NCBI GenBank assembly: GCA_032718475.1
Contig: JAUCBJ010002506.1
Span: 91,440-155,439, forward strand
DNA length: 64,000 nucleotides
DNA from: Nemertoderma westbladi
Taxonomy: Eukaryota > Animalia > Xenacoelomorpha
Direction: 5' to 3'
Shown piece by piece: positions 35,362 to 46,219 of the stretch; within the stretch, counting starts at the first letter, position 1; every line of letters starts with the position of its first letter. Position numbers and translations under genes: made by a program. The notes under the pieces were generated by a model. It saw only the letters and a list, made by a program, of their open reading frames with translations, searched no databases and had not been told where the DNA came from.

Positions 35362-36348
35362 ATGGCATACATAACAGCGTTAGTTTATATCCATGCGGTC
35401 TTATCCATAAGTCATGGATTGGACGACTTTTTTGATCCTAAGAAACTTATTATGGAAGAACCACTCGGAAAGAACTGCGTGGAAGAAGGTGACAATATAA
35501 CACTGAGTTACACACTCGAAAGCGAAATAACCATCAACGATGTATCAATAATATTAGGAGTAATCGATAGCAAAAAAGCATTTGATATGTGGTTCACTGA
35601 TGGGGAGATTAAAAATGATAATCGATTTGACGGTTATACTAAAAATAATGTTATACTTTCTGTTTCTGGCCAACCCGTAGTGATAAGAGTCACGTACACA
35701 GGTGCCCACGTTACAAGTAAGCGAGGGGCTGGTAGGGATATAAGACGCGAGGTTGGCAACCACGAAATGACGATAATCACAGCTAAGAAAATTTTAAGCC
35801 CGAATGAATTAATACGGGAGTGTGTGGTGAACGCAGACACGGAACCGAAGTGTAGCTGCAGTGTTCCAGAGTGTCAGTTCACTAACAGAGACGTGGAACC
35901 ACACATGACCTGCTCGGTAGTTCATTGGTTCCCGCAGCTGAACGGGACGGATAACTTTAGGTTCAACGCAACCGTTGCTAACACCACGTACGTCAGCGTA
36001 CCCGGGCAGGATGGAGACGATATTCGTAAACACACGCAACACAGTCACTACATGCTAGAGGGTGACCCCAAATACAAGCTGAAAGAGGACGGAGAACACA
36101 TAGACTTCTCTCTAAATGAAGTTATCAAATCAAAGGCTGAGAATTTTACCTTCAACTGCATAGCAACCAATCCAAAGCTGGATATTACCAAAACCTGTGG
36201 GATCAACATAACCATAATTTACCATGAACAACCTGAACCAATCAAAGAAGGACAGGAGGTGGTTGGACCGAAAGGCCCAACCTCGTTCACACTAAATATA
36301 ACTCCTAGTATATTACTTACTCTCCTCCTATTGGTTATTGTATTATGA
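35362..36348 (+). CDS. Cell-surface Ig-like protein, 328 aa, with signal peptide and C-terminal hydrophobic tail (probable GPI anchor); single coding exon
   Basis: ATG at 35362 (MAYITALVYIHAVLSISHG); VEEGDNITLS and FTFNCIATN Ig-strand motifs; several N-x-S/T sites; ends ILLTLLLLVIVL with no cytoplasmic tail. Confidence 0.75.
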   Translation: MAYITALVYIHAVLSISHGLDDFFDPKKLIMEEPLGKNCVEEGDNITLSYTLESEITINDVSIILGVIDSKKAFDMWFTDGEIKNDNRFDGYTKNNVILSVSGQPVVIRVTYTGAHVTSKRGAGRDIRREVGNHEMTIITAKKILSPNELIRECVVNADTEPKCSCSVPECQFTNRDVEPHMTCSVVHWFPQLNGTDNFRFNATVANTTYVSVPGQDGDDIRKHTQHSHYMLEGDPKYKLKEDGEHIDFSLNEVIKSKAENFTFNCIATNPKLDITKTCGINITIIYHEQPEPIKEGQEVVGPKGPTSFTLNITPSILLTLLLLVIVL

Positions 36349-38774
36349 GGGAATTTTTAGTAGAGCACGAATTCTGATTGGCTTATAGAATAAAGCTATT
36401 TGAATAACCACTGAAGCTATGGAAGGCTAACAACATTAGCTTCCTCTCTCCGCTCTTTTAGCTCTATCAATTTTTAGTGTTTGTAATTTATTATTATTAA
36501 AACTAAACATAATTCCAAAGAAGGACAGATACACACCATGAGATGAATAATAATGATATGGTTGATTGATATAGATAGAGAGGATTAAAATAATGTTTGT
36601 AGAAAATCAGCCAAAAACATTCCTAAGTGATAATTAATTTCAGCCCATTATTGGTTAACTTACGCAGTGAGACGAGAGGCTCACATGGCACAACACTATA
36701 ATCCATTCTTTATTTAATAAGTTTTAGATATTCTTTATTGTACCAATAAAATAAAAACCAACTCCTATAAAATAAAATTAAGCTAACCAAAATTGGGAGA
36801 ATTTGAAAATAATAAAAATTAATGTAAAGAAAGTTGAGTTAACTACTGAATGTCGCTGCTCGTATAAATGAATAATGTGCTTTGTTTAAGCAGTGAGTGA
36901 TTGTGGTAGTTGGTTAGCTATTGTAGATAAATGAGCTGGAATTATTTGTTAGTGCAATCCCACATTCATATTCAGGATATATTAAAAGTAAATTTAACTT
37001 GTTACTTTGTAGTAATAAAATGTTAAGTTTTAGTAAGCAAGTAGCGTGATAATTTTCAGTTTTAGATATAGGTCATCTTTTTATAATAACGTATAGCTTT
37101 ACTGTATTATAGAAATATAATATACGCCAAATAAATTAAAGCCAAATTAATGTTTTTTTTTACCAATAGAAGTAGTAGCCTGTCGAAACCTACAACGTTT
37201 TTTTTTTTAATTTCTGTCGTATTTATTCATGTCGGTGTGGCAGGTGCAATTTCAACATGTGACAAAATTATATAAAATAATGAATTGGTTCATTTTGAGA
37301 AGTGAAATAATAAATCCTACGAATTCCATATTTTTGTAAATGACTTTCTTTAGCTTTAGGTGTAGGTAGCGCAAAATTATTATCAGTCACTGTGCCATCA
37401 TATTTTTCGAATCGAAACACAACAGAGACACACATTCATAATTTAGACCATTATGGACTTTATCAATTATTAACTTTGCCATATATACTAATTTCTCTCA
37501 GTGTTACAATTATTATCCATTGTGCTTTCATTTATGTCTATATATATGCATGCAATTCAAACGGCTTTGATTTGAGAATTTTAATGTATATTTTTTAAAA
37601 TAATATACATTACTGTATACAATTTGTTTTTTTTATTAGAAATTTAGCCACCCATTGACCAGTATACACGGTTGCGATATTTAGTTAGGACAATATTATT
37701 GTAATAGTATTTTAGAACATTTCGTTTTCAGTTAAATGTTTTCTCTATTTCATTGCTAGCTAATTATTGTACATTAAGTTATCTGTCATATTGTATGGGG
37801 GGGGGGGGGGGGGGGGGGTGTCGGGAGTCAATAGTGGCATTTTATACATTGTTTTATTGTAGGAGAGCGTTAACATACTAATTGGATAGTCAGAATCTTA
37901 TTCTAGTAAATACGGTATGTTTTATTGTACATACATTGAATATAGGTTTACATTTTGCAAGTAAGAAATAATGTTATGTTTGTTAACTAATAATAATATA
38001 TTGTATTGTATATTATGTAATGAAACAATATATAATTTATTGACTATATATTTACTTGGACAATCCGGCCTTATCGCTTATGTTATAAATTTGTGTTTAA
38101 ACGGGATCGATTCCGATTTTGGATTGAATTTTTGTAAAGTTTCAATATTTATGTGTCTGTGAAAGTGTGATAATGGTTTTGGGCAACATTATAATCTTAT
38201 TCCTAAAATAAATTTATAGTAGATTACTGGAGGGTTTACTGACATATTAACTCGATATTATAAATACATTTCGGTCGTAGTACAACTATTTATCCTTCCG
38301 GATCCTGTTCCAAAAAGTCGGGATCGGCACCGGGGTTACATTTTTCACCTGGATCCCTATTTTTTCGTGATAGGGATCCCGTTTGAACACTATTATAAAA
38401 TAATGTTACCGAAGTTGTTAACTAACTATATAACTAAGTGATAAAAGCATTATGTGTGTTAATTCGAGTGAAGTAAACCTATCTATTGTTTGTAATAATT
38501 AGTATATTTAACCTTAAAATCATGTTGTAATTGATTCCAATTTATTTTATATTCATTATTAGTGTATTGTACTTGTCTATACCGATCAACTTCCATGTAG
38601 ATTTTCTCAAATTGAATTACCCACTTTAATTAAATTTAAATAAAGCTGCTACTCAGTTTCATTATCGCGGAATTTTTATTTTTGGGGGGTGGGGGGGTCG
38701 GCGTATACAATCTATTCTATAAAATCTATAAAATAACCAGTTGAATTATTGGGAGCATAACTTGGGATAGGAGA

Positions 38775-38830
38775 GCGCCCACCCCTACCTTCGAAAGAGG
38801 AGCCTTCGGGTCGCCTCCGGCTTCGGCCCA
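38775..38830 (+). mobile_element. 3' fragment of the SINE family seen at 52960-53171
   Basis: CGAAAGAGGAGCCTTCGGGTCGCCTCCGGCTTCGGC matches the reverse complement of ~52970-53007. Confidence 0.65.
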
Positions 38831-39287
38831 CTTTTTGCTTGCTCGAGACTCTCTCTATGCTACTATCAGAAAGATTTCCAGATATATAGGGGGGGGGGGG
38901 GGGGGGGGGGGGGCAGTCTGGACGCCATCAAAATCAAAATTGATCCTCCCTCTCAAACGAGATAATCGATGCAAATAACAGCTGATTACACTCCAAAATA
39001 AAACTTTAAGCTGTTCTATTGACTTTCGCTTATTGTTTTGGATATTTTGTATATATACACACCATGTCGGGAATGTGGGGCGAGTCAAAACTGCGGCTTG
39101 CAGCTTTTGCTGCACGAAGGCCCCACTCGTGTACGTACATAACCCATTATTTTTATTGAAAGATACATCCACTATTATAAATAGGAAGATATACAATTAC
39201 AATAAATGCTTTGTTTCCTAATGTATAATAATCATGAAATGCAATTATCGAAATCTCAACAATATAATAATTCAGCTCAAATATACA

Positions 39288-39803
39288 GGTAGGTGTAAAA
39301 CGCGGATCCGGATCCGGATTCCAAAATTATCAATTAAGGGAAAGGAGCAGGTTACAGTGGTTCCAAGGTAGGTTCCACCTTGGTGTAGTGGTTGCATTGA
39401 ATTCACATCTCCCGTAGGTCGTGGGTTCGATCCTCACATGGGCCAGGGCAGTTTTCATTTCGGCACGAATGCTTTAAAGGGACCAGCCAGGGCGCATCTC
39501 TGCCTTGCATCCTTAAGTGGTAGCTAAATGAGTACTGGAGTTTCCTCTGGGGAGTAAAGTTCTGGGGGGACCGCACTGGAAATAAGTCGTCAGATTTTGT
39601 GCGTAATCCCTGGCCTAGCGGCCGAAGAAAATTTACTTTACTTTACAGTGGCACGTTATTTTAACCAAAACAATAAACTAAAGTCAATAGAACAGGTTAT
39701 AGTTTTATTTTTGGTTTTTATAAAAATGTAAAAAAAATCGACTTCCGTAGGGACAATGTTAAATTTAAATGTAGAATCCGGATCCGCGTTTTACTCTGAC
39801 CCC
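39288..39803. mobile_element. Mutator-like MITE carrying a SINE insertion
   Basis: TIR core GTAAAACGCGGATCCGGAT; 9-bp TSD AAATATACA at 39279-39287 and 39804-39812. Confidence 0.8.
39361..39642 (+). mobile_element. tRNA-derived SINE with Nin/Deu-like central domain
   Basis: A box TGGTGTAGTGG, B box GGTTCGATCC, core CTCTGCCTTGCATCCTTAAGTGGTAGCTAAATGAGTAC, (TTTAC)n tail, TSD TTACAGTGG at 39352-39360 and 39643-39651. Confidence 0.88.
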
Positions 39804-39890
39804 AAATATACACCACCGTTACAAAAACCTCCTATAATTGTTTACTAGTCCAATTCATTATTATTCTCAGCCTATGTTTAATGGCTTCAT

Positions 39891-40952
39891 TTAGATGAAA
39901 CTGCGAGAAAATCTGTGTCTAGCTAGTTTTTCTGCCAGGGATATCTTGGCAATCCCTTTATTCCTGTAGGTTTTACGTTGTTTCGGTTCGGCGGGTTTCG
40001 TTTGAGATCCAGAGGAATTATTAATCTGGGAGATGGTAGTGGGTCCAGGGATGCTGGAAGCTGCGTCAACCGCCGGGGTGGTAGTGGGTCCAGGGATGCT
40101 GGCAGCCGCGTCAACCGCCGCCTGGGTGCAGAAAGTATCGCATTGTGTAGGAGAACAACGAGCGGAGATTCTGTGCCGCAATAAACTCTGTTTGGAGGCG
40201 AATGGCGCCGCGCACAAAGAACATGAGTAACTGTCTGACTCAGTCGGATGGGCAGACCGCCGATGGGCCTTGAGATTGGATCGCGTCACATAAGACCGCG
40301 AACAATCCGCACAGAGGAATAACAACCTTCTGTCTTTGTGGACCACTGAATGACGCCGTTTAGCGGAGCCCGATTGGAACTCGGCACTGCACTGACTGCA
40401 CCGGTGGACCACTCGATGGCTCGCCCCTATATGTCGACGCAACGCCGTCCATGTAGCGAAGGTACCATCGCAACTGGTGCAACGGTACCCCGAGTGGACT
40501 TTGCTGTGCTTCTTAAGCTGCGACTGGTACAGAAACCTCCGGGCACATCCGTCCGCTTCGCACACGAATGGTTTCTCGTTGGTGTGATAGAATAAATGAC
40601 TCTTTAAGAGGCGTTTCTTTGGGAAAAATTTACCGCATTTGAAGGGGCATTGATAGGAAGGCGACTCGGATTTGTGGCAACGCTTTCTATGTCGCTCTAG
40701 ATTCTGCTTTAAGGTGAATTCGGATTTACAGGATTCCGCGGGACATTTGAATATTTCTCTGGACTCGCAGTGGGTCGCGGTGTGACGGTGTAGGTGGGAT
40801 TCTTTCACGAAGGTTTTACCGCATTTGTCTACCCGACATGCATACGGGCGTATCCCTTGGTGACGTAGAATGTGGTCAGTCATCTTCCATTTACGGTTAA
40901 AGATGGCGAAACAATCCGGATAGCTGCAGTTAAACTGAGCACGGCCCGGCAT
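39891..40952 (-). CDS. GTF3A: Transcription factor IIIA (nine zinc fingers), 353 aa, single coding exon
   Basis: Nine tandem fingers; finger 6 has the TFIIIA hallmark GY.C..C...F.TWT.L..H; finger 9 FASKQSLLRH; C-terminal basic patch plus SLAEKL, similar to the vertebrate SLASxL motif. Confidence 0.9.
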   Translation of the reverse strand: MPGRAQFNCSYPDCFAIFNRKWKMTDHILRHQGIRPYACRVDKCGKTFVKESHLHRHTATHCESREIFKCPAESCKSEFTLKQNLERHRKRCHKSESPSYQCPFKCGKFFPKKRLLKSHLFYHTNEKPFVCEADGCARRFLYQSQLKKHSKVHSGYRCTSCDGTFATWTALRRHIGASHRVVHRCSQCSAEFQSGSAKRRHSVVHKDRRLLFLCADCSRSYVTRSNLKAHRRSAHPTESDSYSCSLCAAPFASKQSLLRHRISARCSPTQCDTFCTQAAVDAAASIPGPTTTPAVDAASSIPGPTTISQINNSSGSQTKPAEPKQRKTYRNKGIAKISLAEKLARHRFSRSFI

Positions 40953-41134
40953 GATCTCGGTTGTTATGTTAAGGAGAGTTGTTGATAAATTTAAGCTGTT
41001 GATAGAATAAAAACCCCCCGCAGCTGAAAAGTAGGTCTGAAGCTCTTACCAATTTCGGGGCACTGGAAATGTGAATGTAACTAATACTAATAGGCCTAAC
41101 TAATTAGCCGGTACCGGTAGTGCTGTAGGCCTAA

Positions 41135-41310
41135 TAATAATAATAATAAATAATAATATTGGTTATTTATATAGCGCCTTTCTACGCTCAGCATACTCAA
41201 AGCGCTTTTATTATCATTACCCCACAGTGCGAAATTTCTACAGCCTTTAGTCGGATTCGAACCTGCGCCACCAAACACTAATGCAGTAATGCTTAGCAGT
41301 TGCAGCGCTG
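41135..41310 (-). mobile_element. tRNA-derived SINE with L2/CR1-type 3' tail
   Basis: Minus strand: B box GGTTCGAATCC, tail AAAGCGCTTTGAG...GAAAGGCGCTATATAAAT, then (TAT)n. Confidence 0.75.
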
Positions 41311-41784
41311 GTACTGTTATGGCAGTATGGCATGCGGATGGATAGCGGATGTGTATGTTTTACTGTGTGTAGCTACAATCGTTCATAGTTGAATTGTAGC
41401 AGTAGCTGGTTATGGTGCGTTAGGTCCTGGCGCTTTTGGTCCTGGTAGCGTTATGGCCGTGCCATTCAGTCTGCCTCCAAAACCATGGAGGTTAGTAAAG
41501 GAGCAGGTTACAGAGGCGAGTTGAAAGGAACCAAAACAATAAACGAGAGTTGGGGATATTGTAGAATAGATTAATTGAGAATCAACGAATATAGTAAAAA
41601 CGCACCAACATGCACAACACAATAAGATCAAATCATTTTAACATTCACAGATTAAGTATGTACTGTAGGATAGTGAACTATATAATATAAACACACAACC
41701 AATGGCATAGAAGAATAAAATTCAAATGGAGTAAACAATAAACAACCAAGGAATTCTTTACAAACAAATTTAATTTGACTATCC

Positions 41785-41917
41785 GGCTTTAATTCACCCT
41801 CGCGAATTCCTTAAGTTGCCGCAAAACTGCAACATTTTACAGATCGGCAACCCGAGTTGCTCTACAAGTTACTGACAAAGATGCTCAAAAAAGTTACCAT
41901 GTGTCAACCGGGCCTTT
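41785..41917. mobile_element. Degenerate right half of the Harbinger MITE family of 13132-13515
   Basis: AAGTTGCCG...GATCGGCAACC...GTTGCTCTACAAGTT...GGGCCTTTA. Confidence 0.6.
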
Positions 41918-42807
41918 ATAGCCCATGTTGTAAATATTCATTCCAGAATATATATTTATTTAACATGGAGTGAATCAGAATCAGTAAGCTAATAGTGGCA
42001 GAAACAAATAGAAACATAATGAAGTGAATGTGAGTTGATTCTATTGGCTGACTGGCAACTGGCATAGCCAGCTGGGTATTGGGGAAGCCCCATGAGCGGT
42101 TAGCGCTTCCATTCAATGCTAACATGAACTGTACAATGTTAAGAATGCCAGTGAAACAAAATAGGAGGGCCCTAGTAGTCATACGGGAGTGGTAGCCAAT
42201 GTCGTAAATATTCATTCCAGAACATATGAAAATTGTATTTATTTAACATGGGGTGTATCCAGTTCGTTAGTGGCACAGACAAGGAGACACATAGGTCTAG
42301 TATATTGAAGGTGAGTTGATTCTATTGGTTGTCTGACTCGACGGCTCTGGGGTATCCCAGTAAGCGTATACAATAAGATCTAATAATAATTACACAATGC
42401 AATATATAAGTATTATTATTACGTGACTTGCGTTATGCGCTGGCGTATTACTGGATAGTATTTAGTATTGTAACTGTGTTGTTAATAATAATACTGTACT
42501 TATAATAGTATATCTTTGTGGCTAGTATCTTTTACTATTTTAATTAATTAAATAACCTATTTTTAATTGATTAATATACAAAATAAAATATAACTGTAAT
42601 ATTATGTTTCAGTATCACCATAGTTTTCGTTCTGTTTTTAAAGTTAATTTTAATTGTTTTATTAGTTTGTATTTTGTGTTATAGTTTTTTTTTCATAGTC
42701 CGTGTGTTTCATATATTAGCTTTAAAATAAATAAAATACGGTTTTTTAATATGATTTTTTTTTACTTAATAATTAATATGCACCAACTTAATACCAACTA
42801 ACACCAA

Positions 42808-43680
42808 CTTAATACAACAACCATATTTAGGGGGTCGGAGCCCCCCCCCCCCCCCTAATTTTTTTCAAATTTCAATAAAATGCTACGAAATTCGGTATGA
42901 TGATAGATCGACACCTTTTCTTACTGGTGGCCTGGCCGGATTTTTCAATTTCTCAGTTATTTCCATACAACAATCCCTTAAAAAATGTATATTTAGCAAT
43001 GTTTAACCACCTCCGTAGACTTTATTTTACGTCTTTGAAATGTAATCTAGATATCATTCGAAGCGCCTTCGTCTGTAGATTCCGAATCTGAAAACCGTTT
43101 TAAATTTAACCAAAAATTGGTAAAGATATTATCAAAATACTAATATGTAAATTCAGAGACGTAAATCGCTATAATTCTGATGTATTGTTTTCTTTATTCT
43201 AGAATATTAATTATTATTTAGCTGAGCGTTTAAAACTCTCCATCTTGTTTTTTCATTATCTATAATTAATATTCTAGAATTGAGTAAATAAAACATTAGA
43301 ATTATAGCGATTTACGTCACATAAATTTACACCTTAGTATTTTGATAATATCTCCGGAAGTTTTTGGTGAAATTTACAACGGGTTTCATATTCGGAATCT
43401 GCAGATGAAGGCGGTTCTAATGATATCTAGATTTCATTACAAAGACGAAAAATAAAGCTGACGCAGGTGGCTAAATATTGCGAAATAGACGATTTTTAAC
43501 GGCTTGTTGTATCGAAATAGCTCATAAAATAAAAAATCCGGCCAGGCCACCAGTAAGAAAAGGTATCGATCTATCATAATACCAAATTTCGTAGCATTTT
43601 ATTGAAATTTGAAAAAAATTAGGGGGGGGGGGGGGGGCTCCGACCCCCTAAAAATGGTTGTTGTATTAAGGGTTATGGTG
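42808..43680. mobile_element. Palindromic TA-target MITE (left tip truncated); second copy at 54803-55689
   Basis: Arms CTTAATACAACAACCAT..GGGGGTCGGAGCCCCC and its inverse ending GGGTTATGGTG|TA. Confidence 0.88.
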
Positions 43681-44483
43681 TACTGGAATTAGTAATTAAC
43701 TACAATTTTAATTATTTTACTAAATTCTACTGTAGTTAGTCATTGTGTGTGTATACCATTACCTGTATTTTTATTATAACAGTACGAGTACATACACGCT
43801 TATTAGCGCACTTTGCCAGATATGTTCATAATTGTCATTCTACTGTGCAAAATTTAATATTTTATTGTAATTCTGGCGATATTAATAACATAACATAATA
43901 GTTCATGACAATGCAAATTGCTTCAGTATTCTAAAAACAGTCTAAAAATTCAGAGTTTTGATTTACTGATACCCGAATACCAAAAAATACAGAATTTTCA
44001 ACGGCTGTCTGAACGAAGGAAATTCTGATATTTATTAAAAGAAGTATAAAGTACAGACTGACAGATGTACCGTACAGAAGTACCGGTGCCGGTAGGACAT
44101 GAAGTCGAGTGCAGGAGTGTGAAGTACTGAAGTATAACCTCAATCCTGCATTCAACAATACTGCAATCTGGCAATATACTGATATACCCTCCACCCTCAG
44201 CACTGATACATCAGTACATGTGCAGATGTGATATACTACGGCTTCGATACACTACAGCACTACTGCACTACCGGTACCTATAGCTGTATACTGGTATAGA
44301 GTTTAAAAGATTAATACTGTATTCAGGTAATACAGTAATATATTAAAACTTCAGACTGTCAGACAGTGAGCGTGGGAACTGTGCAAGTACCTACCGCATA
44401 CCGGTACCGGTACCGGTCTGCCGGTACCGAAACTCAGCAATCAGGCAATCTGCCAGTCCGTCCACGGCTCAACCTTACTAAAA

Positions 44484-45389
44484 ATGATAAGATTACGCGG
44501 AGCTAGTAACCTGCGACGTTGGTTGTATTATGCAATCATAGTAACATCATGCACAACCTTATGGGCCCAAACCAATGACAATCACACACAGTACGGCTTC
44601 ATTAGGAATGCCGACACTATAATCAGAACCAGGGATTCTATCAGCCGCGGCGCCGAGTTCCTGGAGGCGGCCTTCTCGCAGACCGAAGAAGGTTGCGCAG
44701 TCTCGTGTCTAGGCAACGACAGATGCGACACCGCAGTCATGGAGTTGGTTAATGAACGTACCTGTTACCTGTTCCGATGTGAGTCACACTGTCTCTTTAC
44801 ATCACACAGAGGCTATGTAATGATGGTTCTGGATCTATCAGTTTTCCCGGCGGTATCAGAAGAAACATCTACCGCCGATGGAGAAGCCATCGATGTAACG
44901 GCAACTAAAGTAGGCATACCGGTAGCTACAACGACTACCACTACTACAACAACAACACAAGGAGCAGAAGATGAAGATCATTTACTTAGACCTCATCATT
45001 TACTACAACCTCCAGAGCCTACGAATTGGGAAGCTACTCACCATGGCAACAGCAGAAAACAGAAAGAAGATGCGGTTGAGACCGCTGTAGAGAGGACCCA
45101 AGCACCGGTTACCGAGAAACCGATGGTGGGAGTTACTACGGATGAAGAAGATCCATCGAACGGGACACTGCCGGATCTCGTAGAGTCGGCCATGTTCCCG
45201 GCCTCGATGTGGCAACGGGAATGGACGCTGGCCGCCGCATTGCCACTCACGGCGGGGCTTCTCATAACAATCACGTTGTGTTGCATCATAGCCGTGAGGG
45301 TGAGGGCAGCTCGCACACGGGTCAAGTTGGGTAAGAAAAGTCCCTACAGTCACGACGCAGACTTCCTCATTAACGGTATGTACTTATAA
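44484..45389 (+). CDS. LRP11: MANSC-domain type I membrane protein (LRP11/MANSC1-like, no PKD or LDLa domains), 301 aa, single coding exon
   Basis: Signal peptide; IIRTRDSISRGAEFL...C...C.....C..AV......CYLFRC...CLF..H.GY (MANSC); Thr-rich mucin stalk; TM helix; C-terminus DADFLINGMYL like LRP11 DYLINGMYL. Orthology not established. Confidence 0.85.
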   Translation: MIRLRGASNLRRWLYYAIIVTSCTTLWAQTNDNHTQYGFIRNADTIIRTRDSISRGAEFLEAAFSQTEEGCAVSCLGNDRCDTAVMELVNERTCYLFRCESHCLFTSHRGYVMMVLDLSVFPAVSEETSTADGEAIDVTATKVGIPVATTTTTTTTTTQGAEDEDHLLRPHHLLQPPEPTNWEATHHGNSRKQKEDAVETAVERTQAPVTEKPMVGVTTDEEDPSNGTLPDLVESAMFPASMWQREWTLAAALPLTAGLLITITLCCIIAVRVRAARTRVKLGKKSPYSHDADFLINGMYL

Positions 45390-46219
45390 TTCTGTTAAGT
45401 TATGTATTTTGATTTGACTCTAGTTTAGTTTGACTTTATATTGGATATTATTGGAAAGTTGATGCTATTCTGGTGTGATTTTTATATTTAGTTTAAGTTA
45501 ATATTTAGTTATTTACTTTACCATCCTTTCTATCTCTTTTTACTTGTCTCTCTATCTTTCTATCAGTGATGCGATTCTGGGTGAATATATAGTAAAGAAG
45601 AAAAAACCAACAAAGACCTAATTACATTGTCTAATTAATTGTGAACTTATGAGGGGGATATAGACTTATATATAGATACGGTACCTATATATATATATTT
45701 TCTCTCTTCAATAAAAATATATTTTTAATGCTGAATAGAATATATTTTTTCAATGATATCCACTAATTTCAAATATTTGTTACCTGATATATTATATATA
45801 ATAATTATATTATTATATAATTATATATTATATATAATTATACAGCATTACGCAGCCTAACTAACCTTCTCAATCATTTGATACCATCAGAACATTATAT
45901 ATCGGTACTTATGTGTCTCTATAAATCGTATTGCATTGCTTTTGTGTTCATATATAATATGTATATATTTACTTTCAGTTTCAATTCAAGTTACTTAACA
46001 ACATTAATGCGTAGCCTTTGTTAAATTATTTATTATTTTGTACATTAATTTTTGGCGGAATCTATTAATGCGTTTACAGTTTATCATACTGTATTAAATG
46101 CTTAAGCTAAAACTAAAGGACTACAGGGTGGTACATGTGTACTGTAAGTAGTCAGGTAATATCTCAGTATGCATCCGCATGGGAATGATAATCTCATTTC
46201 GGCTAATTAAAAATCTTAA

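Noticed and set aside
39361-39445. Functional tRNA gene (likewise ~41240-41310 and ~53100-53171)
   Set aside because: A and B boxes are present but no convincing cloverleaf; they continue into SINE bodies and tails.
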